A stretch of 64,000 nucleotides of DNA from the NCBI GenBank assembly GCA_031278455.1, contig JAITKJ010000006.1, forward strand, positions 5,704 through 69,703, in the 5' to 3' direction. The notes below the pieces were generated by a model. That model saw only the letters and a list, made by a program, of their open reading frames with translations. It was not told the DNA's origin and made no database searches. This stretch comes from Puniceicoccales bacterium. GTDB lineage: Bacteria; Verrucomicrobiota; Verrucomicrobiia; Opitutales; JAIRLM01. This document shows, in pieces, positions 18,285-27,834 of the stretch. Both the position numbers and the translations under genes were made by a program. Position 1 is the first letter of the stretch. Each line of letters starts with the position of its first letter.

Positions 18285-21029
18285 TCACTGGACCCATCGA
18301 AAAGATCGCATTTGGAGTTTCCCGTCGGCCATGCGTTGGACGATGGCTTCGCAGACGGCTTTGGTAAATACGGTGCCGTCAACCGAATTTACAGAATCTC
18401 CGTACCCGCGAATGGAAAAAGTATCCGAGCGGACGACAAACTGATTGCCAAAAAATTGCAAAAAATCCGCCTGTGTGACAAAGGCCGGTGCTTGTGCATT
18501 TGTTGGACCATTTGCCGAGAGAGAGTCAAACCACGCTCCTTCGCGTAGATCCGTCGATTGGGCGGAAAAATTTTCCAAGTCTTCATTTATTTTGGATTTA
18601 TCAATGGCCCGCTGAATCAGTCCCGCTTGTGCCGCTTCGCCAAGGGATAGTTCCCGATTGATAAAGGCGCTCAAAGTCGGGAACGGTCCACATTTTTGGA
18701 TCTCTCCAACAATACATTCGGCTAATCGATCTAGGTCGTCTTCGGATAAAAAATGCTGCCGCTGGAATCGAGACCCCAGCGTGCTTTGGCTGTTAAAACG
18801 CGGCAAATAGTAAGCCCGCCGTCCGGAATCATATGGCATGCATCGGAGGAGCAGCTTCCACGTTTCCACGGAGGTGCAGTTGACGTTGAAGGCGCCTTCA
18901 AGGACGAGATCGCGAGCGATTTGAGTGCAATCGTAAAAATTGCCTCCAGGTCCCCATGGCCGACATGTGGTAAAAAATTGAGGCACATCTGCATCAAATC
19001 CGCTGAAACCGCTGACAAAATAATGGTCGTAAAGGGCTTCGTTGAGGAGATGTGAATAATCGAAGAGCATGGATTGGCGGAAATAGGCGTGGTTTTTCCA
19101 AAGATCCACTGTCGATGCGTAATGGTGAAAAATCTCATCGAGTGGCATGAACGGGCAGGCAAGGCTATTACCTACGGCATATGCCGGATGATAGGAAAAT
19201 GGCGCCAGCGACACATGTTGGAGAAAACCAATGGAAAGCAATTCGCGGGGCAGGTCGAATAAAACGGCCGACGCGGAACCGTCTCCGAAAAACCCAGGAA
19301 ATTGAACCGCAGGTGCTAAATTGTAAAATTGTGCCGTCCAAGGAGCGAAGTAGCGGCGAAAAGGTCCTGATAAACCAAGCAACGACGTATGTTCAAAGGT
19401 ACTGCGTCGGAGTTGCGGTGCCCGCGGATCGTAATGGGCCAGCCACTGATTGGTACCAGTCCCGAGATTGGCCCAGGCCAAGAAAGAAAATAGCTCATGA
19501 GGTTTGCCGTCCCGCGGAACCTCGTAGGACTGGGTTTCATCCCAATCAACAAAATCGCTGATTTCCTGCAGTAAATTTCCATCAGCATCCAAAAGTCGCA
19601 TGGAAAGATTAAACCAAGAGACTGCGCCAGTCATGGAATTGACCCGTTGAATGGTAATCGCCGGCACCTCTTTCAATAAATTGAGCGTAACGGCCGCCGT
19701 CAGATTTGGGTCGTCAATGGTAAAGGTACGCACTTCGCCGGCGTTTAATCCGGTTCGTATTTCACTCTGGAAAATAATTTTTGCGCTATTGTCACCAAAT
19801 CGGATGAGTGTTTTGTTGCCAGCCGCCGTTTCCACCAGGAAGCCGGGCAGCGTTCCAGCCGAGTTAGTTGGAGACGCAGAAAGCAGCTGAAACACGTACG
19901 TGCTTGGCAGAAATGGTACGTTGTATGGATTCCAAATGGAGACCGTCGGCGACAGGCGGATAATCGCCTGATTGGCACCAACTTCGGCAGAAACGGTTAT
20001 GAATAGGGCAACGGGAATGGGATAAATGCCGCTTTGGATCGGAATGTTAAGTCCAAAATCCGGCTTAGACAAATCTCCCAATTCGTAATTAAGCGCATTG
20101 GTTGCCGGATAAACGATGCGGTAAACAGGGCCGCCGGCACACGGGTAAATGCCAGATAGGGACATGGATTTTGTTGCATGGAAGAACGATGCCACCTGAT
20201 TGAAGGTCGGCGGTGGTTCCGGATAGAACGGATCTCCGGGAAAGATATACTCCACATTTGAGGATGGAAATTTTTGCAATTTCAGCGTCAGGTCCCGCAG
20301 CCATTCGCCGGCGGTATTTTTCAGCAAGCAGCGGCCGCACAGCGTCAAATTATGGAAAAAGCTGTCAAATTCTCTGCCGAGATTCCGTTGCAACGATGAA
20401 AATGAAAGGCAGTTTTCCAGCGACTGCATCTTTTCGAAATTAAGACTAAGTGAATTGGGGTAAAATTGCTGTAAGATGCGATCTTGTGGTAGGGGTGAAA
20501 AGGGAAGATTGATACGCAGTTTGTCGCATTCGTCCTCCACCCAATAAGCAAAGTGTCCTACGGTTTTCCCGCTAAAATTTATGGGCAACCGCGGGCATTT
20601 GTCAACGAGCTCAAGGTCATCGAAAATGGCCACCTCATCCCCAGCAATGTCCCGTGGAGCATCTTTTTGAAAGCGTATATCTCCCGAAAGCGATACCAAC
20701 CAACGGTTAAAGACCGGTTTGCCGGCGACGATAGTCCAAACTCCCGTCCAGTGGGCATGGGCTTCGGAAATTTCTTCACCACCACTTCTCGCACGCGCGG
20801 TGACGCAACATCCTTCATTGTAGATTTCATTTAGTTCAAGCATTGCGGCTCGAAGAGCCGTCCAAGCGTTTTGCCGGGCGATGTCTCGATGCAGTTGATT
20901 TTGCGTCCTCAAGGTTTGAATGCGGACGAACCGTTCCGCGGTCATCATCAGTGCGCCAAGTACCGCTAGTGCCCCTAACACCAATAACAGCGCAAAACCA
21001 TCCGAACGTATACTCCGCACGATGCGCAA
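18285..21029 (-). CDS. Large (914 aa) GspK-like minor-pseudopilin-related protein, no adjacent secretion or pilus genes
   Basis: N-terminal short basic leader plus hydrophobic helix SDGFALLLVLGALAVLGALMM, a GspK-like YWVEDECDKLRINL element, and C-terminal FVVRSDTFSIRGYG...AVCEAIVQR resembling the GspK C-terminus. The functional call is tentative. Confidence 0.55.
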   Translation of the reverse strand: MRIVRSIRSDGFALLLVLGALAVLGALMMTAERFVRIQTLRTQNQLHRDIARQNAWTALRAAMLELNEIYNEGCCVTARARSGGEEISEAHAHWTGVWTIVAGKPVFNRWLVSLSGDIRFQKDAPRDIAGDEVAIFDDLELVDKCPRLPINFSGKTVGHFAYWVEDECDKLRINLPFSPLPQDRILQQFYPNSLSLNFEKMQSLENCLSFSSLQRNLGREFDSFFHNLTLCGRCLLKNTAGEWLRDLTLKLQKFPSSNVEYIFPGDPFYPEPPPTFNQVASFFHATKSMSLSGIYPCAGGPVYRIVYPATNALNYELGDLSKPDFGLNIPIQSGIYPIPVALFITVSAEVGANQAIIRLSPTVSIWNPYNVPFLPSTYVFQLLSASPTNSAGTLPGFLVETAAGNKTLIRFGDNSAKIIFQSEIRTGLNAGEVRTFTIDDPNLTAAVTLNLLKEVPAITIQRVNSMTGAVSWFNLSMRLLDADGNLLQEISDFVDWDETQSYEVPRDGKPHELFSFLAWANLGTGTNQWLAHYDPRAPQLRRSTFEHTSLLGLSGPFRRYFAPWTAQFYNLAPAVQFPGFFGDGSASAVLFDLPRELLSIGFLQHVSLAPFSYHPAYAVGNSLACPFMPLDEIFHHYASTVDLWKNHAYFRQSMLFDYSHLLNEALYDHYFVSGFSGFDADVPQFFTTCRPWGPGGNFYDCTQIARDLVLEGAFNVNCTSVETWKLLLRCMPYDSGRRAYYLPRFNSQSTLGSRFQRQHFLSEDDLDRLAECIVGEIQKCGPFPTLSAFINRELSLGEAAQAGLIQRAIDKSKINEDLENFSAQSTDLREGAWFDSLSANGPTNAQAPAFVTQADFLQFFGNQFVVRSDTFSIRGYGDSVNSVDGTVFTKAVCEAIVQRMADGKLQMRSFRWVQ

Positions 21030-21176
21030 TTCAACAAGCTTTGCCAGGGCTGGTCAAGAATGCGACTATTACCAGCCAAGGCAAAGCCTCCATTATTAAC
21101 TATTTGATATTAACCAACTTAATAAATTGAAAAATTTTTCTTGCCGTTATAAAAATTTACCATAAACTATGCAGCC

Positions 21177-21539
21177 ATGGATGCAATGAGGAATTTCGCG
21201 GAAAAAGTTGCGACAAAATTTGGCGCCTCTGCCGACAGCGTGCAATACATCACGCGCCTAGTTACTAATAAGATTATGCTTATAAGTGTTGCGACGATAG
21301 CTCTTAGCAGCATATTATTTTCTCCGTTTTTTCCACTCTATTGGCTCACACTTGCTGGGTCCGTTGTCGGAATCGTGACATCCGTTCACCAAACGGATAA
21401 GGCAATCGAAGCGGAAAAAGCGCATCCAAACCCTGAAAAAACATCGACCGCAAGCAGCGCGGGGGTGGCTAGTTCTGAAAATACATGGGATTGGTCGAAT
21501 ATTTCCTTGTCCAAGATTCTCTCATCGATATTGTCATGA
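21177..21539 (+). CDS. Small (120 aa) membrane protein with paired hydrophobic helices
   Basis: IMLISVATIALSSILFSPFFPLYWLTLAGSVVGIVTSV, followed by a Ser/Ala-rich tail. It overlaps the psd stop convergently by 6 nt. Confidence 0.5.
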   Translation: MDAMRNFAEKVATKFGASADSVQYITRLVTNKIMLISVATIALSSILFSPFFPLYWLTLAGSVVGIVTSVHQTDKAIEAEKAHPNPEKTSTASSAGVASSENTWDWSNISLSKILSSILS

Positions 21540-22457
21540 TATGCTTTGTTCGCGCTGGCGGCAGGCCGGGATGAAATTCCCCACATGATCACCCATACGA
21601 ATATAGGTTTCCAGATCCCTTCCGCTGAGTTGCTGAATGTCGCCGCATGGGGTGAATGCATTCGGCGCAAAAATGAGAATAACCGTCGAACCGCCAAAGG
21701 AAAAAAATCCCTTTTCCGCGCCTTTTTTAACGTGCCGATGTGGAGTATAGGTTTGGTAGATGCTTCCAATGAACATGGCGCCTACTTCAAATATAAGCAT
21801 TTCTCCGGCAAAAGTCACCACGCGCGTCAGCATGCGCTTATTTTTTCCAAAAACGGATATGTGTTGCAGGGCCAATGGATGCACCGAATGCAGCCAATCG
21901 CCATCGTGTTTTGCCTTGCTCGGAATCCCGTCGCACGGGAAGTGGAACCGATGGTAGTCCATAGGGCATAGCCGGCCAATGAGGGCGCTGCCGCCGTAGA
22001 ATTTTTCTGCAAGTTCTTCATCGCCAACGAGTCTTTTGAGACAAATTTGCCGACCTTTTATGGAAATTTTTCGCCGTGCGTCCAGATTCGGAATAAAAAA
22101 ATATCGGCCATCACAGGGGGCTACGACCTTGTTTCTTCCTGGAGCAATTTGTCGCACGCCGGGTTTAAGTTGGCGGCAAAAAAACTCGTTAAATGACTCA
22201 AAGTGAGAGATATCCGACAGGATTTCATCGATCGAAATTGCATAGCGTTCGACAAAAGGCTGGATTTTTTTCGCGCTTGTCGGCCGATTTGCGTACCAAC
22301 CAGCAATGCGTGAAAAAAAGGGTCGGCCAAAAATAAGACGCTGCAATAGACGGCCCAAAAATGTTCCATAGGCTAGACGAATGAACCATTCGCCACATAT
22401 GGGTTCCGTTTCGATTTTACCTGTGTATCGATTGTAGAATTGAATTCCCCTGCCCAT
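21534..22457 (-). CDS. psd: Phosphatidylserine decarboxylase proenzyme
   Basis: 307 aa with the self-cleavage motif FGGSTV (GST) near the C-terminus and the PSD core FFCRQLKPG...RLCPMDYHRFHFP. Confidence 0.85.
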   Translation of the reverse strand: MGRGIQFYNRYTGKIETEPICGEWFIRLAYGTFLGRLLQRLIFGRPFFSRIAGWYANRPTSAKKIQPFVERYAISIDEILSDISHFESFNEFFCRQLKPGVRQIAPGRNKVVAPCDGRYFFIPNLDARRKISIKGRQICLKRLVGDEELAEKFYGGSALIGRLCPMDYHRFHFPCDGIPSKAKHDGDWLHSVHPLALQHISVFGKNKRMLTRVVTFAGEMLIFEVGAMFIGSIYQTYTPHRHVKKGAEKGFFSFGGSTVILIFAPNAFTPCGDIQQLSGRDLETYIRMGDHVGNFIPACRQREQSIS

Positions 22458-22500
22458 GCGCGCAACAGGGTAAATTACTTAACGGAACTTTACCAAAAAT

Positions 22501-23883
22501 TCAATACAATTCATGGCGCGTTTGTGTCGTGTAGAGGAATAATTTGGCCATCGGATTTTTCCAGGCATCTTCAGGAACGCCCTGTTTGCGACATAGAGCA
22601 CAGAGAAAGTCTTTGGGCTCTGGAATTTGTTCCCAGACCTCCGGCAGAAAGGTAGATGTGCGGCCTCCAATTTCTAAAATGATTCCAGGTTTTGGATTTA
22701 CGCCGGATAGGTGCTCAATCCATCTGTCGCAAGGAAGTTGCAGTTCCGTCGGGAATGATAAAATGGACACATGGGCTTCCAGTTGGCGAAGTTCTTCGGA
22801 TGTCACGGGGGGGAATCGCGAATCCCGAAATGCCGCATCAATGGCCCGCCGTTGGACGCCATCGAGAACCGTTTGCGAAAAGTCTCCTAGCCCGCCAATG
22901 CAACCTCGCAGACGGCCATTTTTCATCAGCGTTACAAAGACGCTTTGCCGAACCAAAAATTGCGGAAATTGTTTCAACAATTGATCCATATCCGGTGGCG
23001 GTACCTGCGTGAGGGCACATTCGATGCATCGCATGGCTAATTTCTCCAGGGCAATAAATGCATCGTCTGGAAATCGAATCGCTTCACGTGTCCAAGCAAG
23101 GGCGCCGTAACCAACCACGCGAGCTGCTGCAGATGAATTTACCCCCGAATGGGTGTAATCGATGAAGTTGCAAATCCATCGGCGTCGGGAGGCAATATGT
23201 TGGGCGCATGACAGTGCCTCCCTGCCACAAAGGCAATTTTCTCCAAGCGGAATTCTTTCGCTCAGTAATGCCGCCAATGTTTCATGATCTCTTGCCTCCG
23301 CCGATTGTGCTGGCAGGTAATGTGACAGATCGCTGCTTATGATAATGAGATCGCCGTCTGTCCAGCGAGAATGCAGGTACTCTGCAAGCATCCGTCGCTC
23401 TTCTTCAATCGTCCCCTGAAAAACAAGAGGCACTAGTGATATGGTGGAATTTTCCATGAAATGCAGGAGCATGGGCAGGTGCACCTCAATCACATGCCCG
23501 TTGTAAGCCTTTTCCGTTGAATGGAAAATGTTTGGGAATTTTTCCAAAAGATCTGCGCAAAAGGTCCGATCCACCGAGATTTGATGGTCAAAAATTTGAA
23601 AAGCATCGAAATTTGGGACAGCAACTCCGCGGGTCGCCCACTCGCGTTGGTGATTATCGGCAAGCATGAAAACCCGGCGGGAGGGTCCATTGGCCAGCTG
23701 CTTGTAAGCGCGTGCAGCCACTTGCCCAGAATAGACATACCCCGCGTGTGGAACAAAAAGCATATTCGCGCCAGCCAAATAGCAGGGAAAGTGTTCCGTC
23801 CATTGCCGCAATTGCAATCCAACAACGGAGGGGTTCAAATCATAGAAAACGCCACAAACCTCAGCACCACGAATTCGCCGCAT
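22501..23883 (-). CDS. Fusion protein: Memo-like (AmmeMemoRadiSam system protein B) N-domain plus AMMECR1 (protein A) C-domain
   Basis: N-terminal half has VPHAGYVYSG (Memo/dioxygenase-like). C-terminal half has LRGCIGGLG...RDSRFPPV...LEAHVSILS (AMMECR1). Confidence 0.85.
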   Translation of the reverse strand: MRRIRGAEVCGVFYDLNPSVVGLQLRQWTEHFPCYLAGANMLFVPHAGYVYSGQVAARAYKQLANGPSRRVFMLADNHQREWATRGVAVPNFDAFQIFDHQISVDRTFCADLLEKFPNIFHSTEKAYNGHVIEVHLPMLLHFMENSTISLVPLVFQGTIEEERRMLAEYLHSRWTDGDLIIISSDLSHYLPAQSAEARDHETLAALLSERIPLGENCLCGREALSCAQHIASRRRWICNFIDYTHSGVNSSAAARVVGYGALAWTREAIRFPDDAFIALEKLAMRCIECALTQVPPPDMDQLLKQFPQFLVRQSVFVTLMKNGRLRGCIGGLGDFSQTVLDGVQRRAIDAAFRDSRFPPVTSEELRQLEAHVSILSFPTELQLPCDRWIEHLSGVNPKPGIILEIGGRTSTFLPEVWEQIPEPKDFLCALCRKQGVPEDAWKNPMAKLFLYTTQTRHELY

Positions 23884-23964
23884 CGAGAAACGCTAAAGGA
23901 AATACGACCCGAGCGCGAGGGAAAACAGTCCAAGCGAACCTATAACAGTCTGTTATTATGCAGC

Positions 23965-25068
23965 TTAACTAGGGTTGGGAGGCGGCGGTGCATCAGATGC
24001 CGGAGCAAACTTGCCAGCTTCGGCCACTGCTTGCTTTATCGCATTGCGTATGTTATCCTGTTTAATAGCCCATTTTACAACTGCATTCGGGTCTTCATGT
24101 GATGCACCATCTGGGTCTTCCTTTTTATAGGCATCCTGCCACTCTGGCAGTTTTTGATTAATCGCGGTCACAAATATCTCTTGTTGCGGTTGCGACAACC
24201 TAGCAACACCATCATAAGCTTTAAGCGAATCGGGTAAATTATCAAAATCTTTAAACGACACAGGCAGATTGACCAAGACCGGTGGCAGCGAACCTCCTCT
24301 CCAATCATGCGCAAAAGCCGTACTGCTCCTCCACCTTGGCTTTCCATCGGCCTCGCTCTTCGGCGCCGGGACACCGCCAAAACCCCAAAGTGAATTCTGA
24401 AGTATTACCTCGACGAAGGTAACTTTCCCAGTTTTTGGGTCCCCATAAAAGCCAATTACCTGACGGCCCCCTTTTAACGCTTTCCTCGCGTTTTCCATGG
24501 AATCTGGCTCTGCATTGATCCCAGCAAGTTGCATTTTAAGCTTAGCCAGCTCTCCGCCAAATTCACGCACGTGCCTCGGGACTGAATCCATGGTAGCCGA
24601 TGGGAGGTCCTTGCCAAGCAGTGAGTTTGGTTTTGCACAAGCAGATGAAATTATGCATACGACTTTTACAGCTGCGGACACAAATCGCACCCGGTCAGCG
24701 ATGGCTATTTTCGACTTTAAATTGTCGAGTTTCGCTACAACCTCCCCCAAAATGCCAACTATGAATTGCATCAGCTGCACAGCCGTACCGCGATCTATAG
24801 TGCCTGTGTCAAGCCAGTTATTCTTTATCGCATTTAAGTTATCAATCTTGGTCTTAATATCGGGATTATCCGCAAAAGAAGAATCTGATAAAATCTTTAA
24901 TACGTCAAAATCATCGCATAGGCGGATCACCCGCCCCGCGTCGTCTTGCGATATGTCAATGGCCTTTGTCAATTGTTCTCGAGCCGCAAACCGCTTTGCG
25001 TGGGCGTCGCCGGTAAAGGTATTAGCGAAAGCACTGTGAGACTGTGTAAGCGGACCGGAAGTACCCAT
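23965..25068 (-). CDS. Hypothetical protein (367 aa), no recognisable domain
   Basis: Long ORF with no TM segment or signal peptide, and a Pro-rich C-terminus (APASDAPPPPNPS). Confidence 0.6.
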   Translation of the reverse strand: MGTSGPLTQSHSAFANTFTGDAHAKRFAAREQLTKAIDISQDDAGRVIRLCDDFDVLKILSDSSFADNPDIKTKIDNLNAIKNNWLDTGTIDRGTAVQLMQFIVGILGEVVAKLDNLKSKIAIADRVRFVSAAVKVVCIISSACAKPNSLLGKDLPSATMDSVPRHVREFGGELAKLKMQLAGINAEPDSMENARKALKGGRQVIGFYGDPKTGKVTFVEVILQNSLWGFGGVPAPKSEADGKPRWRSSTAFAHDWRGGSLPPVLVNLPVSFKDFDNLPDSLKAYDGVARLSQPQQEIFVTAINQKLPEWQDAYKKEDPDGASHEDPNAVVKWAIKQDNIRNAIKQAVAEAGKFAPASDAPPPPNPS

Positions 25069-25167
25069 ACTTAAGATGGAAGTTTGCGAACAATTAACCG
25101 CACGTAAAGAAAAAAATACATTGGGACGAAAATTTTTAGGGAAATGAACGACTTTGGCAGTATCAAG

Positions 25168-25770
25168 TCACGGCGCGGAAAACAGCCATCGATATTTAAC
25201 CGTGTAGCGGATTCCCGATTCGATGGAACATACGGTGCCGACGACGAATAGCGTGTATCCGAAGTAATAAAATGCCGCAGCCAAGTAGGGTACGCAAATG
25301 AGCCAGGTGTTCGGCAGAAACAAATGGAGATCAAATGCAATGGCCTCAGAGCAGATGAATGCGCCCACGGAAACCATTTGAAAGATGGTTTTAATTTTGC
25401 CCGACTTTTCGGCAGCGATGACCACGTTGCGACTTATGGCAACCAGACGTATGCCTGTCACAAAAAATTCCCGGCCGAAAATGAGTAGCACCGGAAAGAG
25501 GTAGTATGCCGGAACAATTTTAAGTGTTAAAAATGTGACAAGGAGTCCCAGCACCAATATTTTATCGGAAAGCGCATCCATGAACTTGCCGAAATTTGAT
25601 ACCAATCCACTTCGCCGGGCGATGTACCCGTCCAACCAGTCAGAAAACCCGCTGACTAAGTAGAGAATAAAGGATAGCATCCGCGATCCGGGGAATGGCG
25701 CGTAAAGGAGCAACACGATAACGAACAAAATCGGAAAGCGTGAAAGCGTAATGGCATTGGCCAAATTCAC
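25168..25770 (-). CDS. pgsA: CDP-diacylglycerol--glycerol-3-phosphate 3-phosphatidyltransferase (CDP-alcohol phosphatidyltransferase family)
   Basis: Motif DWLDGYIARRSGLVSNFGKFMDALSDK matches D(x)2DG(x)2AR(x)8G(x)3D(x)3D; 200 aa, polytopic. Confidence 0.85.
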   Translation of the reverse strand: MNLANAITLSRFPILFVIVLLLYAPFPGSRMLSFILYLVSGFSDWLDGYIARRSGLVSNFGKFMDALSDKILVLGLLVTFLTLKIVPAYYLFPVLLIFGREFFVTGIRLVAISRNVVIAAEKSGKIKTIFQMVSVGAFICSEAIAFDLHLFLPNTWLICVPYLAAAFYYFGYTLFVVGTVCSIESGIRYTVKYRWLFSAP

Positions 25771-25801
25771 CGCGCAACTTTACACTTGATAGTCGAAGAT
25801 G

Positions 25802-26305
25802 CTAGAAATTTTTTTCCCCGACCGCCGATTTCCACAGTTCCTGCCGCAATTCGCCGTCTTCCCACTGGCCATGCAGCATTTTATGGGCCATTTCCTGGAC
25901 TCCGCCATCATCGCCCAAGCGCCTCAATGCCAAGCAAAGCTTTTGCCGCTCTCTCTGTGTCAACGTGCCAATGCCCAAGATTTTTGCCGCGCCCACGGCC
26001 AAGAGGAAAGCACCAGCTTTGAAAGCTTCGTTTAAAATTACACGCAGGTGAAAATCGCATGCCGGATGCATGCAGAGACCCTTAAGCGCCCATGAAAGCC
26101 GTCCTGCAGAATCCTGTGCCAGCAGCCATGGGAGGTAGAACCGCCATGGATTTTGCGAAACCCTTCTACTGGATATTTGCCGCAGTCCAACCAAAGCTTG
26201 AAAAAATAATCCAACACTTTCCGGCTCCCGGGCGACTTTTTCGCAAAGACCACACAGCACGTAACGGAACTTTCCAAGCTCCAATGCTTCTTCAAATGTA
26301 TGCAT
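25802..26305 (-). CDS. Hypothetical protein (167 aa), upstream of and co-oriented with pgsA
   Basis: ORF ending 31 bp upstream of the pgsA start. No obvious SD and no known motif. Confidence 0.4.
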   Translation of the reverse strand: MHTFEEALELGKFRYVLCGLCEKVAREPESVGLFFQALVGLRQISSRRVSQNPWRFYLPWLLAQDSAGRLSWALKGLCMHPACDFHLRVILNEAFKAGAFLLAVGAAKILGIGTLTQRERQKLCLALRRLGDDGGVQEMAHKMLHGQWEDGELRQELWKSAVGEKNF

Positions 26306-26412
26306 CTGTTGGGAATGTTAAAAAAATGCAATTCGCGGCGCAACCACGTTTATGCTTGCGTTTTCGAAAAAATCATCGAAGTACCTCAACGCGAGGAGAA
26401 TTAGTATTAATT

Positions 26413-26778
26413 ATGAGCGAAAGATCGATTAATATAGATACGTATAGAGGCATGAATGATTCCGTGGTAGATACGTCAGACAAGCATAACAAATTTCTCG
26501 CCAAACGGAACGACGTGACATCCGCGGCTTGCGTGCAGTTATGCCGTTACAGATGTTGGGACGCGCACTCACGGAATGGTACTTGTATGTTTCTGCCAGC
26601 GGGTCTGAATGCGTTGTGGCCGATCTTACAACAGAAGTCAGAAATTGAAAAGAAAAACGATGAGAATCGCTGGCCTGACGACGAGGCCCGTCTGGAGTGG
26701 ATACAAATTCCGATGTTAGCCATAACGGGGGGGTGGAACACAGGCAAGATCATAATGCTCATGCTATTTAGGAAATAG
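26413..26778 (+). CDS. Hypothetical small protein (121 aa), Cys-containing
   Basis: Internal ATG of the ORF-track entry 26092-26778, preceded by GAGGAGAA. The upstream half of that ORF is antisense to 25802-26305. Confidence 0.3.
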   Translation: MSERSINIDTYRGMNDSVVDTSDKHNKFLAKRNDVTSAACVQLCRYRCWDAHSRNGTCMFLPAGLNALWPILQQKSEIEKKNDENRWPDDEARLEWIQIPMLAITGGWNTGKIIMLMLFRK

Positions 26779-26835
26779 GCGCTTCTGGAAAAATCTTGCA
26801 CTATCAGCCGGGATTGTTTCCCCTGTTCCGCAGAT

Positions 26836-26910
26836 GGCGCGATAGCCAAGTGGTAAGGCAGGAGTCTGCAAAACTTCTATTCGTCGGTCCGATTCCGACT
26901 CGCGCCTCCA
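26836..26910 (+). tRNA. tRNA-Cys (anticodon GCA), 3' CCA encoded
   Basis: Acceptor GGCGCGA/TCGCGCC, anticodon arm GGAGT-CTGCAAA-ACTTC, T-arm GTCGG-TCCGATT-CCGAC, discriminator T plus CCA; 75 nt. Confidence 0.9.
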
Positions 26911-26955
26911 TTTAATATTTATTGATTTTGATGTATTTTATGGTTAAATGAATAA

Positions 26956-27834
26956 ATGAAGCGCTGGTTGGTGGCTGGTTTGGCGTTGTTTGCTCCGTTT
27001 TGTGCCTCTGCGTCTGTAGCAGTTGTATCGCAAATGTCAGAGGTGAATAGTGAGGTTGCCAAGATTGCCAAAACTGTTTCGCCGCGAGACATTTGGGTTG
27101 TCTACGACATTGACATGACCCTGACAAAGCCAGAACATCCAGCCGTTGAACTGGCCAATCTGCAGTGTCACCACCAGGTGTTGGGGGAGATTTTCGCTAA
27201 TACGACGCGCGAACAGAAGGAATTAGCCAAATACCTCGCAGTCGGGTTGTATCCCGGGGCAACAACGGAAAAAAAGACGGCGAAATATGTCAAGAATTTG
27301 CAAAAATTGGGCGTCGTATCCTTCGCCCTGACGTCGGCAAAGAGTGGAAATATTACGCTCAGGGACTCGACAAAACCCATCTATGAGATCCGCCCACAGG
27401 AGCTCAACGCACTTGGAATTCACTTTGGAGGAGCATTTCCATTTGAAACTTTATTTTTGAAAAAATTTCCAGCGGATGGGGGTAGCTTTCCAACTTACAA
27501 CCAGGGCGTTATTTGTTCCAATGAAAAGCCGAAAGGGGCCGTACTTTGCGCGTTTATGGACGAAATTAAAGCCACACCAAAGGTGATCGTTATGGTGGAT
27601 GACCGGCTGCATAATTTGCAAGAGACGAGAAAAGCCCTCCGCGCGCGCTACCCGAAGGTCCGCTTCGTTGCCTTCGAATATACAGGAGCCACGCGTGATC
27701 CAAAATCGATAAAAGAAATTTCCGCTGATGAATTTCGTGCTTTCTGGGAACCAATCGCCGTACAGGCCAAAAAAAATTGCCCAGCCCCACAGCCGCCGCG
27801 TCATGCCGGAAAAAGCTTCGCGCCAATTAGGTGA
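26956..27834 (+). CDS. Secreted HAD-superfamily phosphatase-like protein (DUF2608-like)
   Basis: Signal peptide MKRWLVAGLALFAPFCASASVA. HAD motif I VVYDIDMTLT (DxDxT), motif II LTSAKSG and motif IV VMVDDRLHN. Confidence 0.65.
   Translation: MKRWLVAGLALFAPFCASASVAVVSQMSEVNSEVAKIAKTVSPRDIWVVYDIDMTLTKPEHPAVELANLQCHHQVLGEIFANTTREQKELAKYLAVGLYPGATTEKKTAKYVKNLQKLGVVSFALTSAKSGNITLRDSTKPIYEIRPQELNALGIHFGGAFPFETLFLKKFPADGGSFPTYNQGVICSNEKPKGAVLCAFMDEIKATPKVIVMVDDRLHNLQETRKALRARYPKVRFVAFEYTGATRDPKSIKEISADEFRAFWEPIAVQAKKNCPAPQPPRHAGKSFAPIR

Noticed and set aside
26092-26412. Upstream half of the 228-aa + ORF 26092-26778
   Set aside because: It is antisense to the 25802-26305 ORF, which is in operon-like spacing with pgsA. 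Only the distal part, from the ATG at 26413 with an SD, is retained, at low confidence.
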